A stretch of 64,000 nucleotides of DNA from Antedon mediterranea (GCF_964355755.1 NC_092670.1:13192795-13256794), one strand, 5' to 3'. Numbered from the stretch's first letter, positions 37,405 through 51,026 are shown. Numbers and translations are program-made. Notes: generated from the letters alone by a model not told the origin.

Positions 37405-39138
37405 TATAGTCTAGGACAAAAATCTGAAAAGATGCTTAGAAATCAAGTTAGAGGGAGTAGAATGTTAGAGGCTGTCAACATAGCCAGATATCCTAATTAA
37501 ACCCTTCTGATCACTCTAAGCCCTGTTGACACTTAATTTTTTACCTCGTATTGAAATGGCCGCCATTTTTATATAAAATGTGCATAAAATCAGATCTAAA
37601 TAAGGTAGATACACAATCTTGGTGTCTAAACACATGTACTTTAGACACGGAATCCATTAGGCCTTGTTGACACTTCAGTTTTTGCCTCGTATTGAACTGG
37701 CGGCTATTTTTCAAAATGGCCGCTAATTGTATATAAAATGTGCATAAAATCAGATCTAAATAAGGTATATGCACGATCTTGGTGTCTAAACACATGTACT
37801 TCAGACACGGAATCCATTAGGCCTTGTTGACACTTAAGTTTTTGCCTCGTATTGAACTGGCGGCCATTTTTCAAAATGGCCGCTAATTGTATATAAAATG
37901 TGCATAAAATCGGATCTAAATAAGTTTTTTGGACAGGTAGTTCTCGATAAAATGCAGTTTCAGTTTACTTGTTTCTTTAAGACTTCTCATCGGCTTTTGA
38001 AAATTCTCTCCTATCTTTTAACACTAGCAGGTCTGAAAATAATACTAAAAATTGTGGTCGAAAATTGGGACCGTGGTCCGGATTGCCTCCAAAATGTAAT
38101 GGAGTGGAACTTGACCACATATCTATCTAACCCTAATTTTGGTAAAGATCTTGCAATAACTTTTTAAGTAATCCTGCTAACAAACAGACAAACAAATGAA
38201 AGCACTCAGAAACTGAGTGAAGTAATTGGCAAAATATATCCACTGATAGGGAGCATGTTGAATGATACATTTTTTTGATTTAGATATTAGCTTTACATAG
38301 TTCAAATCCTGCTGGGGTTTATAATTTGGTTACGCCATAGACTACATATATCTCCTTAGCGGAGGTAAATAATATTAGTTTATGTAATAGGAGGGCCTAC
38401 AGTCAAGATGAAACATCTGTGAAGTTACATGCAAATGAATTCAACAAAAGCTGAGGCTTTAAAATCCTAGTCATGGCTCTATACAAACTAAACCTTTACC
38501 AATTTGTAAAACAAATTACAGATTTTCGATTTCATGAACAGATAAATTAGGAACCATTTTGAAATTTTTTAGGTACTGTGCATTTAACTTAAAAAATTAA
38601 TTAATCAAACTATTTAAATGTATTTATTATAGATTTAATGGATTCCTTGCCTGAAAAAACATGAGTTTAGACACCAAGATCATTTATCTAGCCTAATTAG
38701 TTCCGCTTTTAAGCACTTTTTGGAAAAATTAGGCAGCCATTAAAAGAATTAGCAGCCAGTTAGGCCTAAATACAATTATCTTTTAACCTAGTCATATTTA
38801 TTATAAATCTAATGGATTTCTATTTGGACACCAAGATCGTAAATCTACCATATTTAGATTTTAAGCATATTTTATATAAATAGGTCGCCATTTTGAATCC
38901 AAGATTGTGTAGGCCTACCTTATTTAGATCCATTTTAAGTACATTATATAAAATTGGTCGCCATTTAAAAAAATGACCTCCATTTCATTATAAAGGGAAA
39001 AAGGAAGTTTCAACAGGGCCTAATGGATTCCGTGTCTGAAGTACATGTGTTTAGACAACAAGATTGTGCATATACCTTATTTAGATCTATTTATTATTTA
39101 TTTAACTCATTTTTTTCACATTTTTTGCCTAGACTATA
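37405..39138. mobile_element. Foldback-type element with tandem 140-160 bp subterminal units
   Basis: Inverted ends TATAGTCTAGG / CCTAGACTATA. Units start TTGACACTT at about 37527, 37667 and 37827. Inverted degenerate copies at 38635-39090. Confidence 0.7.
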
Positions 39139-42100
39139 GAATATTTGCTTCGAAACGTCAATTTTACCGATTTATTAAAGTATTTAATAAGTGGAGTATT
39201 TATCAAGCTACTATATAAAGCAAGTACGTTAGGAATAAATGTACCGAATGAATTTAAGAAGCTTTAAATTTGCTATGCAGCGGCCGTAACCCATTCAATG
39301 TAGGCGGCCGAAAGGCGCTTTTGACAGGGTTGCCGTTATATGTATACGCTGTATCTTGGCCTAAACGTGATTCCGTATTTCAATTTAAAGTGCACCTTAC
39401 GGTTAGAATATTTGAAAAGGAAATAAAAGTAAACATATTAATATACTATTGAAGTAATTACTTAGTTACATTTTAAATTCGTCTGCTTTCCTCCCGATAT
39501 TTCTTCGGCAGAATTTAGTGGTGTTAGGCTTTAGGCCTAGGCTAGGGCCTATATAAACTTAACTTGTAGGCGCGGCCGAGTTTACGCCCGGAATGGAATC
39601 GAACGCATAATAAGCACGGGCTTAATTCTAATTTTTAGCGGTTCGAAAATTAATTAAAATAATATTTATGATTATAATTAAAAATTTAAATTCTAGAATT
39701 ATAAAAAAATGTATACTTACGAAAAATAATATTTAAAAAAAAAGAAACAATAGCCACACAGTTTTTTAACACAATATATATTTTTTTACATTTTAACATT
39801 TTTAACAATGTTTATGTTGTATTTCAGAAATACCTACCCGTCAATATAAATAATCTTACTAAAATACATATTACATTCTATGCAATACAAAAAAAAAGAA
39901 GTCAATTCATACACTGGTTCAAAAGTTACAAATCATTTAAAGACAGGAACTTTTTGAGCATTTTTTAGACATTTGGAAAAAATTAGCACAAAAAGCCCTA
40001 AGACCAATTTTGGAGGGCGATATCTCAAAAACAAATTTCGAGGACCCCCCCAAAAAAAATAGTCTTGTACAACTCTGTGGTATCTATGGGTTTAGCAAAA
40101 ATTAGAACTTTCAAGTTATTAATATTAAAGTTATAACCCTTCAAAAATGGTTCCAAATATAATTGGAAAAATTGCCATTTTTCAACAAAAAATCTTCGTT
40201 TTTTGGCAACTTTAACGGACGATAACTTTTGAATGGATAATCCGATTTCAATCATTTAAATTGCAAAAGTTTATGTTCAGTAAGTTCCTTTTGATTAACT
40301 GAAAGAAAAAGTACCATCATTAATTTGAAATTTTACATTGGGATATCTACTTTAAATAACAAATTAAGTCTACTAAACATTGTTGATTTCCCATGGACCC
40401 AACAATACCCTAACTATTTCATTAATAATTCTTTATTTGTAACAGTTTATTTGAAATCCTTGTCCTTTGTTAATTCAATTGTGTGACAATTAAATTAGAT
40501 TGTATGCTTATGCTGTATATTATGTAATATCAGATTCTTAAAAAAGATCAACACTTTGAATTCTCAAAATGTGTTCTATATCTTTATTTGGAGTTAGACT
40601 CGTACAACATTCATTAAAATGATAAACAAATAGCCGACAGGCGTGTGTACAGAGGGGGCACAAAAAAACTATTACCTACTAATATTGTACACAGTTTTAT
40701 TACATCCTTTTTTAAAGTAACACTAACAGTACATATTCAATATTATAGTAAAACGTCAATACGTAGTTATCAACTAGGCTCATAGTTGTTACCACTCCAC
40801 GCCAATGATATGAATAAAGCCTATCTTATTAAATAGTATCGCGCCCGCGCATATACAAAAAAAAGTTACAAAGGTTCACAAATTTATATTAACGATTTTT
40901 TTATAATAATTAAATACCGCTCGACTTATCAATGATGGAGGCATAAAAATGGGGGCGTAGGTTACCATTTTACCAGGGAGATGTAAAATAATTATTTAAC
41001 AAACATTTTAACTGGTTGGTTTTTTACTGCGTTCGCGTACAATTTATCATTTGGATTTTTAAAGTTATATGTAGGTTATGTTAAATTGTATTTATCAGTG
41101 ACAACTCTAGGAAATTTACAGCAATTAGTTCTGTATGCCTAAAATAGTAAAATGCTCTAAATAAAAATGTCGGAGCTTCTTTTTTGTATTTCTGGCTGTT
41201 GAATGTTTTGTTGGCACCCCCTAACTCTGCAACGATGATATCCATAATGCATCGTACTTCCATTTCACCGTTGTTGATATACTACTAGCTAGAGTAGGTT
41301 ATTAAAATAATACAATATAACCAAATCTACTATATGGGGGAAAGCTAGCTAGCTTATTTTCACAATGAGTGTACCACAGACTCTTTTCCTTGGCGTATTT
41401 TCCCCAGGCCTAGTTACTCTAGTTTACTAGAGCTGCTGCAGTAGCTATATACTGCATATTTGATATATACAATTACAATATGCCTATAGCCTAGCTAGCT
41501 AGAAGTCATCGAATTTACTATCTACTTGTTGGGCCTACTGTAACTAGGCCTACATCCCATTTTTTTTTTTTTTTTAATGGTGAGTTAAAACCCGTAGCCA
41601 AAAAATCAACAATGATGATTGAAAATGAATGAAATCTGATCCATCCATGTGATGCATGCATGCAGCGCACATAACACAGGCACGTTTTGGGCGAATTTAT
41701 TTGGATCATTCCATATATATAATAGGGAGCCACATGTATTCTACATTTTTATTAAATCGTAATTTATGGATTTTACTTACTCGTTTTAAATTTAATATAC
41801 TGCGGGCCCAATTTAATATTTATTTATTTATTTCCAAGTACATTAATATTATTTAAAGGACTTTAAAATTAATAACAGCACATTTTGTGTGATTCACTTA
41901 TTAATGGAACATACAAAAGGTAAAGAAATAGCAGAGGGGATAAACACGGCAGAACAGCCTGGGTGGGTTTTTATGCTTGCTAGAAAAACAACGTCTAGTA
42001 AAATACAGTACTAATTTTTTTCATTCGCGAAAACTATGAACTAAATCATCATAGGGAATTTAATGTACATATACCGACTGAAAAAAAACCAAATTGTACA

Positions 42101-44735
42101 CTAATTATTGAAGTCAAGATGCTCCTGCCATCGTAAACGTATGCTATCGTCGTCTTGTAAAAAGAGGGACAGTCCCTTTTCGCTTGGTAATACGATGCAG
42201 TTTGTATACACGCGTCGTCGTATACGGATTGTATAATTAGGAAATTGTTTATAAATGATCCTATACGGTTCGTATATGTTTATTATGCGGGCAGGAACTT
42301 CCGAATTGACGTATACGTTTCGTATACGAAGTGGACTTCCTATACGAAACATATACGAAACGTATGTAAATCGTATACGTTCGTATACGGTTTTTTTGCA
42401 AAGGGTATGTAGTCTATTTTGTGCCTAGCTAACCTGGATAAACCAACAATAGCCTTTCTCCTTGAAGAGCGAAATATAACTGCCCACAAACCACCATCAT
42501 CATTTCTTTTCGAGACAGAAAGAATTAACATGTCTTCAAAGAGCTTGCACAGTGTCTTGCTGTTGCAATAGAGTTTAATACTGAGATTGCTGCTATATGA
42601 AGCTAAGTAGTTTTTTCTTGGTTACAGTAAATTCATTGAACTTTGAAATGTCAATAAAATGACTTTTAGCAAGCATTTTTGTGAATGTTTTCACTTGGGC
42701 CAACTGGCTGAAATGTTTGGAGTACCATAGTGGACAGGCCTAAATCTAGCAGGACAGCTTGCCTACTGCCTAACAATAGTGGTTTAGGCTGATTGTAGGA
42801 TCTGGCCTCTTAAATTTGATTCATACTCTCATAGGGGGCCTAGGCCTAGATCTTGCAGGGTCAGATGTTGCCCATGCATATTGCCTAACAATAACATTGT
42901 GGTTAGACATAATTTTGTAGGGCCTAGCTTGAACTTAGTCTTATAAGGGGCCTAGGCCTACTGTACATGCTGCAGGATCAAAGATCTTGTCTATGCTTGT
43001 TTCCTGACTGGTCTGGTTTTCTAGCTGAGTAGTCATAGTTGACACTTCATTTTGGACGTGGTCGTTTGTACATTCAGTGCAGCTACAATGCACCTCCAAT
43101 CATGCCTGCACCCGCTGCGGCCTCTGCGGTCCCGGGGGTGAATGAGATTTCTCCGGTGTTACGGCAAGCCATTGTTGCAGCTGAGAGCTTGCCAAGGGAT
43201 GAGCCCAACGCACCCTCTCACATCATGAGACCTCCTCCCCCAGTTTCATATATCGATATATAGGCCCACAGCAAACCTTGTTTTACGACGGTCCGTCTAT
43301 CCAGCAAGAGTATGACGGTGATAGGACAAAAATGGTTTCGCTCTCCAATAATAAGTCTATTGGAGAGTGCGACAGGCCTGGGGAGGAAGGTCTGCAGGCG
43401 TTCGTGAAACAAAGCCCAATTCGTCTTCATAACGCTTTTCGACGTTCGATTTGCACATTCCATTCAAAAGTTACCTACATGCCTGGTTGCACCACTAGAC
43501 CCGGAGCTTGTGGATTGTGTCGACCTAATTGCGAAAGAGCCGAAGATCCAACAGCCTGTCCCGTGCTGCAGAAGCAGTTCGATAGGTGCATTGCGGCTCC
43601 GACTGTTCCGGAAATATCTAAGGAGCAGGTCAGTGAGGACCAAGGAACTTGGTCAAATTTTCTTTCAAACTTTAAAGGCCACGTCTATGGCGGGATATTT
43701 CTAGCTGATCCAGAGCATCCACCACAAGGCGATCCAGACGTCATCGCGCTTCTTCAGCAGATTATGAGCTGGTGGTGCACCAGCAGGCAACAATTTCTAT
43801 GTCATCTGCCTCGGCTGATGCATCAATGTTCTCAACGCAATGGACATTGTTTGGACTTTCGTCATTTTACGACTCAGGATCTGTTTTCAGGTCGTTCTCA
43901 CTTAGAGAAGACAAATGGGCTCGGGAAAGGGAAGCTCGTCGTGAAACGAGAGCTCGCTTTCTACAGAAACGTTACACGTGCCGTTCACGTCCAGGGACGG
44001 CTCCCCCGCTGCTCCTTTGCAGATGCAGCTACAATCCCCCCCCCCCCGCCCCGGCACAGCCTATACAAAGAAACGAGGCTTCTACTTCTAGACAAGCTTT
44101 ACATAATCCCAGTCGTGGAATGATAGTGGCGGGAGAGGCGCTCGCCACAACAATGTGAAGTGACGGTCTGGGTGCGCCCGTCCCTCCGAGCGAGGGCGGG
44201 CAGGTGGGAGGGGTCGCCTGAGAGGTTTGTGCAGGTATGGGACGCCATGACGAAGGATAAGTAGGTCTCTCTACTGTTAGCGCACGGGTATCGCATATCA
44301 TTTCGAGACCCCCGACATACAAGGTTTCCGTCAGAGCCGATAAGAGGCTCATGGCCTCAATGCACTTCTCCAAAAGCAGCTGTGGTGCAAGTTCACATTC
44401 AATATGCGATCCTGGAACACAAGTCTACTATTTCTTGCCAAAAAGAAATCTGGCAATTGGCTGAACAAACGGTTCAATCGGCCCAGGTAGGATGGAGACA
44501 GCCTCATCTATCCTGTTGGGGTCAAATCAATTCATCTATCCTGTTGGGGTCAAATCAATTTGGTAACGGGCCGTGCGTGCGTGCCCATCCATATGAGTGA
44601 GTGACCAAGGCAAGATATGTAATGTTACACCTCATGCTCATGCTCCGACGAGGTACGACTGGCTACGCACATTAGTCACTGGCCAGCTTCGTCGCCCTCG
44701 TTCCGTGCTGCCGGCTCAGGATGTGACCATTACAA

Positions 44736-45125
44736 TTGCACATCCTGGCAGCTTACCGTCCAAAATCAGACTCACTTCACAAAGTGGTTGCTACAAATTC
44801 GTTCATTATCTCGCATCTCGAACGGTGGCTCGTGGAAGACAGGTTACTTGTGGGCAGACCCATACAAAGGTCAATTCCGGATGTCTGTTTGGAAACGGAC
44901 GCATCCGAAGTAGGTTGGGGTGGCCACATACCGTCTCTAGACATCCGCGTCTCCGGCCTCGGGTCGCACAAGGAGACGCGTGCCCACATCAACCTGCTCG
45001 AACTTTGGGCAGTCGAGCGCTCGTTTGAGGCTCTTCTTCCCCATCTGGCAAATCGTCATGTTCTCGTCAATTCCGACAACACAACCGTGGTGGCATACTT
45101 AAACAGACAAGGAGCATGCGGTCCC
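44736..45125 (+). pseudogene. DIRS RNase H remnant
   Basis: ETDASEVGWG, HINLLELWAV, VNSDNTTVVAYLNRQG. Resumes after the insert as HIAGHLNIVA at about 46268. Confidence 0.9.
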
Positions 45126-45159
45126 CAACGTTACTGTATGTTGCCACACGTGGACGTTA

Positions 45160-46262
45160 CTAATGTTTCATTTCATTTATTTATTTCACTTTACAAATAT
45201 ATAAATATAAAGTGGAGGAGCCTAAAAGAAAGCAAAGCTTGTGGTGAATAGGTTCCTCAAAACAAAAAAATAAATATAAATTATATACCGTATATTTCGG
45301 TGTATAAGTCGCACCTGTGTATAAGACGCACCCCCAACTGAGAGTAAAATATCGGTATTTTTTATATCGTCGATGTATAAGACGCACCTTATATTTCATC
45401 AAAACAATGTTTTTTTAAATTGTAATCAATATTATTGTGATATATATTTTGTTATATCTACAACGGCGTCTTTTATTTAGGTTTTTTCTTACCTAGGCTC
45501 GGCCGCGCCCAGCCTCAACAAGTTCTTTCTAACTTGTTATTCATGAGTTTCGCCGCAACATCGAGTGCATGACCGTCTGTGTAACACGCACGTGTGTGGG
45601 CTAGCCTCGCTCGATCATTTCGAGAGGGCGCACGTTTTCACGGACAATCGTATTCGATTAGTATCTATGTCTCCGAGAAGTGTGTACGCTAGGTCCACGC
45701 TATAATCACCTGGAGAATATACATTACTAGTCGAATACCGTACACCATGTGCCACCAAAAGAAGGGCTTGCGCTTGGGGTACGGCGATCGTGCGTATAAC
45801 TGAATGAATAAATGAAATTTTATCGGAGCGCCATAATGAACAAATCTTTTCATCATATTTAGTATAACATCATGCTAAGATGACTTGAAAACTAGGCCTA
45901 GGCTAGGCAGAAGCAGGTTGCCGTTACGTTAGTTAGTTACTGTAGCTAGGCCTAGCCTACTCAGGCCTAGCAAACGAGGTGACGATAGCCTAGGCCTATG
46001 TACAATCTGTGTGGTGAGGCATTTATGTTCGGTGTATAAGACGCACCCTTAATTTGGAGGTCAAATTTGCGTGTCAAAAGTGCGACTTATACACCGAAAT
46101 ATACGGTAACACATTTAGAAACTCCAAAAAAAAAAAAAAAAACAATTTAAACTAATATCTTTAACATGTTTAAAACTAAAAACCAAGTAAAAAATAGATT
46201 ATATAAAGAAATATCGAAATATATCAATAATAAAAGAATTTACAAAGAACCTTCAACCAATA
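45160..46262 (-). mobile_element. 5'-truncated LINE 3' UTR inserted in the DIRS RNase H
   Basis: AATAAA and (TGAAA)n tail on the minus strand at 45166-45188. Hairpin GAGGAGCCTA...TAGGTTCCTC at 45215-45258. The AT-rich body continues after the nested MITE. Confidence 0.6.
45288..46106. mobile_element. Tc1/mariner-pogo type MITE
   Basis: TIR CCGTATATTTCGGTGTATAAGTCGCAC. TA at 45286-45287 and 46107-46108. Confidence 0.9.
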
Positions 46263-46351
46263 ATAGCACATTGCGGGCCATCTGAATATAGTGGCGAACG
46301 CACATTCTAGCCCACTTCTACGTCCTGCGGAATGGCGTCTCCTTCCAACGA

Positions 46352-46958
46352 ATGCCACCCAAATTTCAACCACTTTGGGCGGCCCACATAGATCTGTTTG
46401 CGACGTCAGGCAGCATGCATCTTCCGACGTTCTGTAGTCGATATCGAGATGAACATGCGTGGGCAGTGGGCACATTCAACGCCATCAATGTCGAGTACAG
46501 TATTTTGGCCACGACAGACGTGGGTTTTTCTGCTCATCAGCCTGCTTTACGATCAGGCTCTACGTCTCCAGATTCAGGGAGACCTGCTGACGCAGTACCG
46601 AACTTTGCCGAACCCATGATCCCTCAACCTGATGGTATAGCCACTGTCGGGGATCAGCTCAGAAACTCGGGCATTCCAAATGGCATGGCCGCCCTTTCTT
46701 GTGGTGAGATCCCGACAGGAATCTATACTCGCCATCTATAATGGCCGACTAAAACACTATTTGAAATGGTGCAAGCGCCATGACCCTATGAAAGTGAACC
46801 TGGGTAAAGTCTGCGCCTTCCTGCATCTGTTTGATTCAGACCTGCAGGTCCGCACTGTGTCCGGCTATCGGTCTGCCTTGGGTGCTTTAATTCCTACATC
46901 TCCTTCAATTTCATGTTTACTTTGCGAAATGTTTAGAGAACGACCTCATGTTAACTAA
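46352..46958 (+). pseudogene. DIRS methyltransferase-like segment and tyrosine recombinase N-terminus (frameshifted)
   Basis: LWAAHIDLFATS..LPTFCSR, and SRQESILAIYNGRLKHYLKWC...VCAFL..LQVRTVSGYRSAL. Confidence 0.8.
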
Positions 46959-46999
46959 TTAGCATATTAGCCTGAGTATCGTACCTATTTTCATTTTGA

Positions 47000-48255
47000 A
47001 TAAAAGGATTAAAATTTGAATTTAAATTATCACTAGTGTACTGAATGCCAACAGGTGAGTACAAAGGGAGATGAGAAGATCCATTTACATTCATAAATAT
47101 ATAACAAATAAATCAAAGAATAACAATAAAAATGTGTATATGTAATAATTACAAGGTTCACGGTATAACAACTAAGTGATATAGTTTATCACGCGTATAC
47201 ATTGACATAGAAATAAAGTACAATCTGTTATTTTTAAAAGGTCCATAAAGTAAGCTTCAAGTAGGTTTACTTAAAATTGTTCTGATAGCGAGACAGATCT
47301 GATCGGGAATTGATGACTAATTTCTTCATGCTGTTGGTTAGTAACTATACATATCTTCCCGTCTTGGGTCCAGGTGGCCTTGATCGATTTTGCATAATAT
47401 TTATATGCAGTTGAGATCGTTTGATGTTAAACTTTCATGAATAAAATAAGGTGAATCTTTGAAACGTTTCTTTGCCCTGAAGATTTATTTCTCATTTTGT
47501 AGCTGGCAAATTTAATGATAATCAGCCTAGTTTTGGACTTGTTGTGTTAGCCGCCATGTTTCGTCCAAGGCGGTGAGACCTGTCAATGTCGATAGAATCT
47601 ACAGAGACATTCAATTTTTCTTTAAAGATCGTTATAACTTCTTTATCCGTATTTTCTTCTTGTTTTTCTTGTATTCCGTGAATTACTAGACAGTTCCTTC
47701 TAGAATACTGTTCAGCTAGATCTAATTCATTTTCAAGTGCAGAGATTTTGTTTTCTAGACTATATAACTTATCATTGATAACGTTTGTATCGAACTTTAG
47801 AGACTCTCTGATAAGGTCAGTTAGTTTCCTGGTTAGTTGATCATGTACCACTTTTGATACAGCCTCGGCGATCTTCAGCGTAAATATTGAGTCAGAAGCT
47901 AAACACTTTTGTAACTCAAAGTCAATTAGTTCTTTTTCTTCAGATATGTTAATTACGTTACCGGTACCTTGTTTTTTATGATGCAATGCCTCGTCCATAC
48001 TGTATCTGATGAATCGCCATCAAGAGAATGGGTGCTTTTTGGCTTAGCTTTAGCTACAGGTTTACGTTTTTGGTTGATACCAGCCTTCGTTGATGTATAG
48101 TAGATTGTAGTTTACAGTAACGTACTGCTGAATTGCGGTAACGTACTGTTGAATTGAATGCGGAACAGGTGCCTATTTCAATCAGACTGAATAGCAGGTT
48201 CAGGTAGGATTAACAATGCAAATCACGGAGCGTTGTTCACGTACGTCCGTTCACC
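47000..48255 (-). mobile_element. 5' part of another LINE: decayed L1-type (Transposase_22/RRM-like) ORF1
   Basis: Coiled coil plus EQYSRRNCLVIHGI.E...IDRSHRLG (47522-47998), continuing in broken frames to about 47280. No ORF2. Confidence 0.8.
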
Positions 48256-49453
48256 ATGAGTTTAGATTGCAATATGCCTTCAGCAGAGAGACTGCTAGAA
48301 GGAGTGTCTCAATATCACTGCCTCACAGTTATGTGCAGACACTCCACCACTGGTTCACATGCATCAGTTGTGTGTGATTGCATAGGTGTTGTTTACTGGT
48401 AGTACCACCAAGGTGGCATACAAAGCCAGTATTCACATCTCCCCACCTATCGAATATCTCCACAAACCTTGCATCAGTAGCCACAGCAGAGCTGAAAGTA
48501 ATGGATACACAAAGCTCTTTTAAACTTGTCTCCCACCGCTGACTAGTATCTAGTCCGGTGCTACACTGGCTATTGTTGGTTTATCCAGGTAAGCTAGGCA
48601 CGAAATAGACTACACAAACCAACAGTGGTGTTGGTAGTCTGAGTGCCGCTTACCTGGATAAACGCCCTCCCACCGTCCCCTCTCAGAAAAGAGGTCTTGC
48701 GAAATGATGATGGTGGTTTATGGGCATAGTTCATGGACTATACCATTTTTGGAGAGGGGGATTCAATGAAAACTTCTACTTTTCAAGTTGTATCTTGCTC
48801 CTCGAGAAGAAAGGCTATTGTTGGTTTATCACTGTTGGTTTGTGTAATTCTGATTTTGTGGAATGTTTTTTAGCCATTGAACACTTTTATTAAAACTGTA
48901 AAAAAAATATTTTAATGATTCTAGTACACTGTAATTGAAAAAAAAATTCAATTTCTCTACTAATTTATGTATATTTCCTTCTGCTGGCTTATGCTGATTG
49001 GTGAGTACAGTACATTTCTACAGTACTAACAAATATATTTTTAAACTTATTTATAGTTTTCTTGTTATACATATAGCATGCTTCTAGAGTTTGTGGACTC
49101 TTCATGTTCATAATCAGTGTACCATGTCCCACATAACTGGCTCGGCCAATATATTGTGCCCTGCTTAGAGGTAAAATATAAGATTTGACATCCCCGAGGG
49201 AATGATATTTTGCTCGAGGGAATATATATTTCCCGAAGCTCTACCGATATAAAAGGCGATATCTGTTATATTATATAGCCAACAACAAGTAGAATATCTA
49301 CTGGGTCGGGTAGATAGGCCTCCTTTATTTAATAAGCCTGCCTACAGTTAAGCGTTGCATTCACCTTACTGTACCTTGCGAAGAATAATATACAGATAAT
49401 TAAAAGTTAATGATTCCTTGGCAATAAAATATACATTAATAATGATAATATTA

Positions 49454-51026
49454 CTAGCAGTAACCCATGCTCCGCACCGTCTTTTTCTGCCTTAATATGT
49501 TGTTATATACTTTGCATGGGCAAGTATAATAAAAGCGCACTCTGATAAAAGTACTTCGACAAATTATTAAAATAAAAACAAATTGTATCAAGAATAAGAT
49601 TCGGAACTACTGCCATTGGTTTGTTATACACTATCTCTTCATTTTATAATATATGTAGGCTAAAAAATTAAAGCAATAGTGGATATGGAACGTTAGACTT
49701 TACTTTTAACTGTTCAGACTTTACGAAAATAAAAGAAGCTGTTCTGTTCTGGGTTGACCAACTAGCATAGGTGTTTAGCACCTGTTTGGTCTTTCCGTGC
49801 CTCCTTTTATTATTTGTTTTGTCTTCTTTGTTATGTATATGGCAGAAATTGAATAAATAAATAAATAAAAAATAAGCTAAAGAAACTATTGTGCTGTGTG
49901 AATTAGATGTGCGCGAAAACACATAACGAAAGTATGAAATGCCTTATTTTGGGTGTTTTTCATGTTGTATTAATTACAGTATTTGATACGTAAAACATAA
50001 AATAAAATATCGGACAAAAATCGAATGAAAAACACATTGCTGTGGAAACACGAATTGTTAAGTTTATTCATTTACATTTTATTTTTATTTCACTGGTTTT
50101 GATATTTTGCAATGTTTTGTTTGTATGGGAGATTTGTTAACTACTTGCTACTTTTGTAATTAAATTGTGGTCACCAGTAAACCTGTGCTCTGCATGGTTT
50201 TTCTGCCTTAATAATAATTCGCATGGATTGCTTAAGTATATGCGCACTCTCCCCAGCAACAAACTATCTTTAAAAAAACCAAACAAATTGTCAAGGATAC
50301 AATTTGGAACTATTTATGGCCATTGATTTTTGTTACTTTGAAAAATCTGTAATCTACAAAATGAAAGCAATATGGGAATTTGTGCTGTGAGAAAATTAAT
50401 GTTATTTTTTTGTTCATTTACATTTTTTTTATTTCATGGTTTTTTTATATTTTGCAATTTTTTTTATGTGAGGTTTTGTATCTTTTTTTGCTAGTTTTGT
50501 ATTTTACATTGTGATCTAGTTTTGATTTTTAATTAACATTAAGCGGTGATACTCAAGGAGTCAATAGTTACACCTGTCGCGGATTCAAACTCGAACATAC
50601 TAAGCATTGATATCAATGGCCACTGCGTTTATTCACTGAGTCAAACCGTGATTTACGAATATCAGTCTGTTCAAAGAATAGGTGTAATTAATTAAAACTT
50701 CAGCAATGCGATCATTCGATACGGTTGACTAAAGACTGTTTCTTCGACGGCCCGGCATGGTATTTGTAGATCCGGCCCTAGCGGTACACCACAGAGGAGG
50801 TTGCGTAGTTTATACAGTGACGTAACATGGTCGCTGAGACGTCAAATTACTGCTATTTTTTGCCTTTTTTATAGTTTATCCTTAAAATTCAGGAAAGTGA
50901 CAATGACATAGCCTACCGTGTGCGGCACGTTAATAAACATCAGTGTGCCAATTTGGGCACATACCGTTCAGTGGTCTTGGAGGAGATACGTAAAATATTC
51001 GAAAAATTTAGTAGCATTAATATAGA
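49454..51026 (-). mobile_element. Non-autonomous Helitron
   Basis: Minus strand reads A|TC at 51026 and ends with a GC-rich hairpin plus GTTACTGCTAG|T at 49454. A degenerate second 3' end at about 50174-50215 indicates internal duplication. Confidence 0.7.

Larger units (their letters stand above)
35493..40349. mobile_element. hAT-like non-autonomous element with 7-bp TSD (copy 2), itself carrying insertions
   Basis: TIR TAGGTATCCCAATG / CATTGGGATATCTA. CTTTAAA duplicated at 35486-35492 and 40350-40356. Interior is collinear with 21920-23956. Confidence 0.85.
34423..42405. mobile_element. EnSpm/CACTA-like (CCC-ended) non-autonomous element with nested insertions
   Basis: TIR CCCTTTGCAAAAAA / TTTTTTGCAAAGGG. 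TA at 34421-34422 and 42406-42407. Many subterminal CGTATACG palindromes at both ends. Confidence 0.85.
42408..48846 (+). mobile_element. Decayed DIRS1-type tyrosine-recombinase retrotransposon with two inserts
   Basis: Left ITR 42408-42506, right ITR about 48701-48830, ICR 48568-48627. Coding remnants in DIRS order: gag-like, RT, RNase H, methyltransferase-like, tyrosine recombinase. Confidence 0.9.

Noticed and set aside
43278-44123. 281-aa ORF as a host gene
   Set aside because: It lies inside the DIRS ITRs at the gag position and appears to be a frameshifted remnant.
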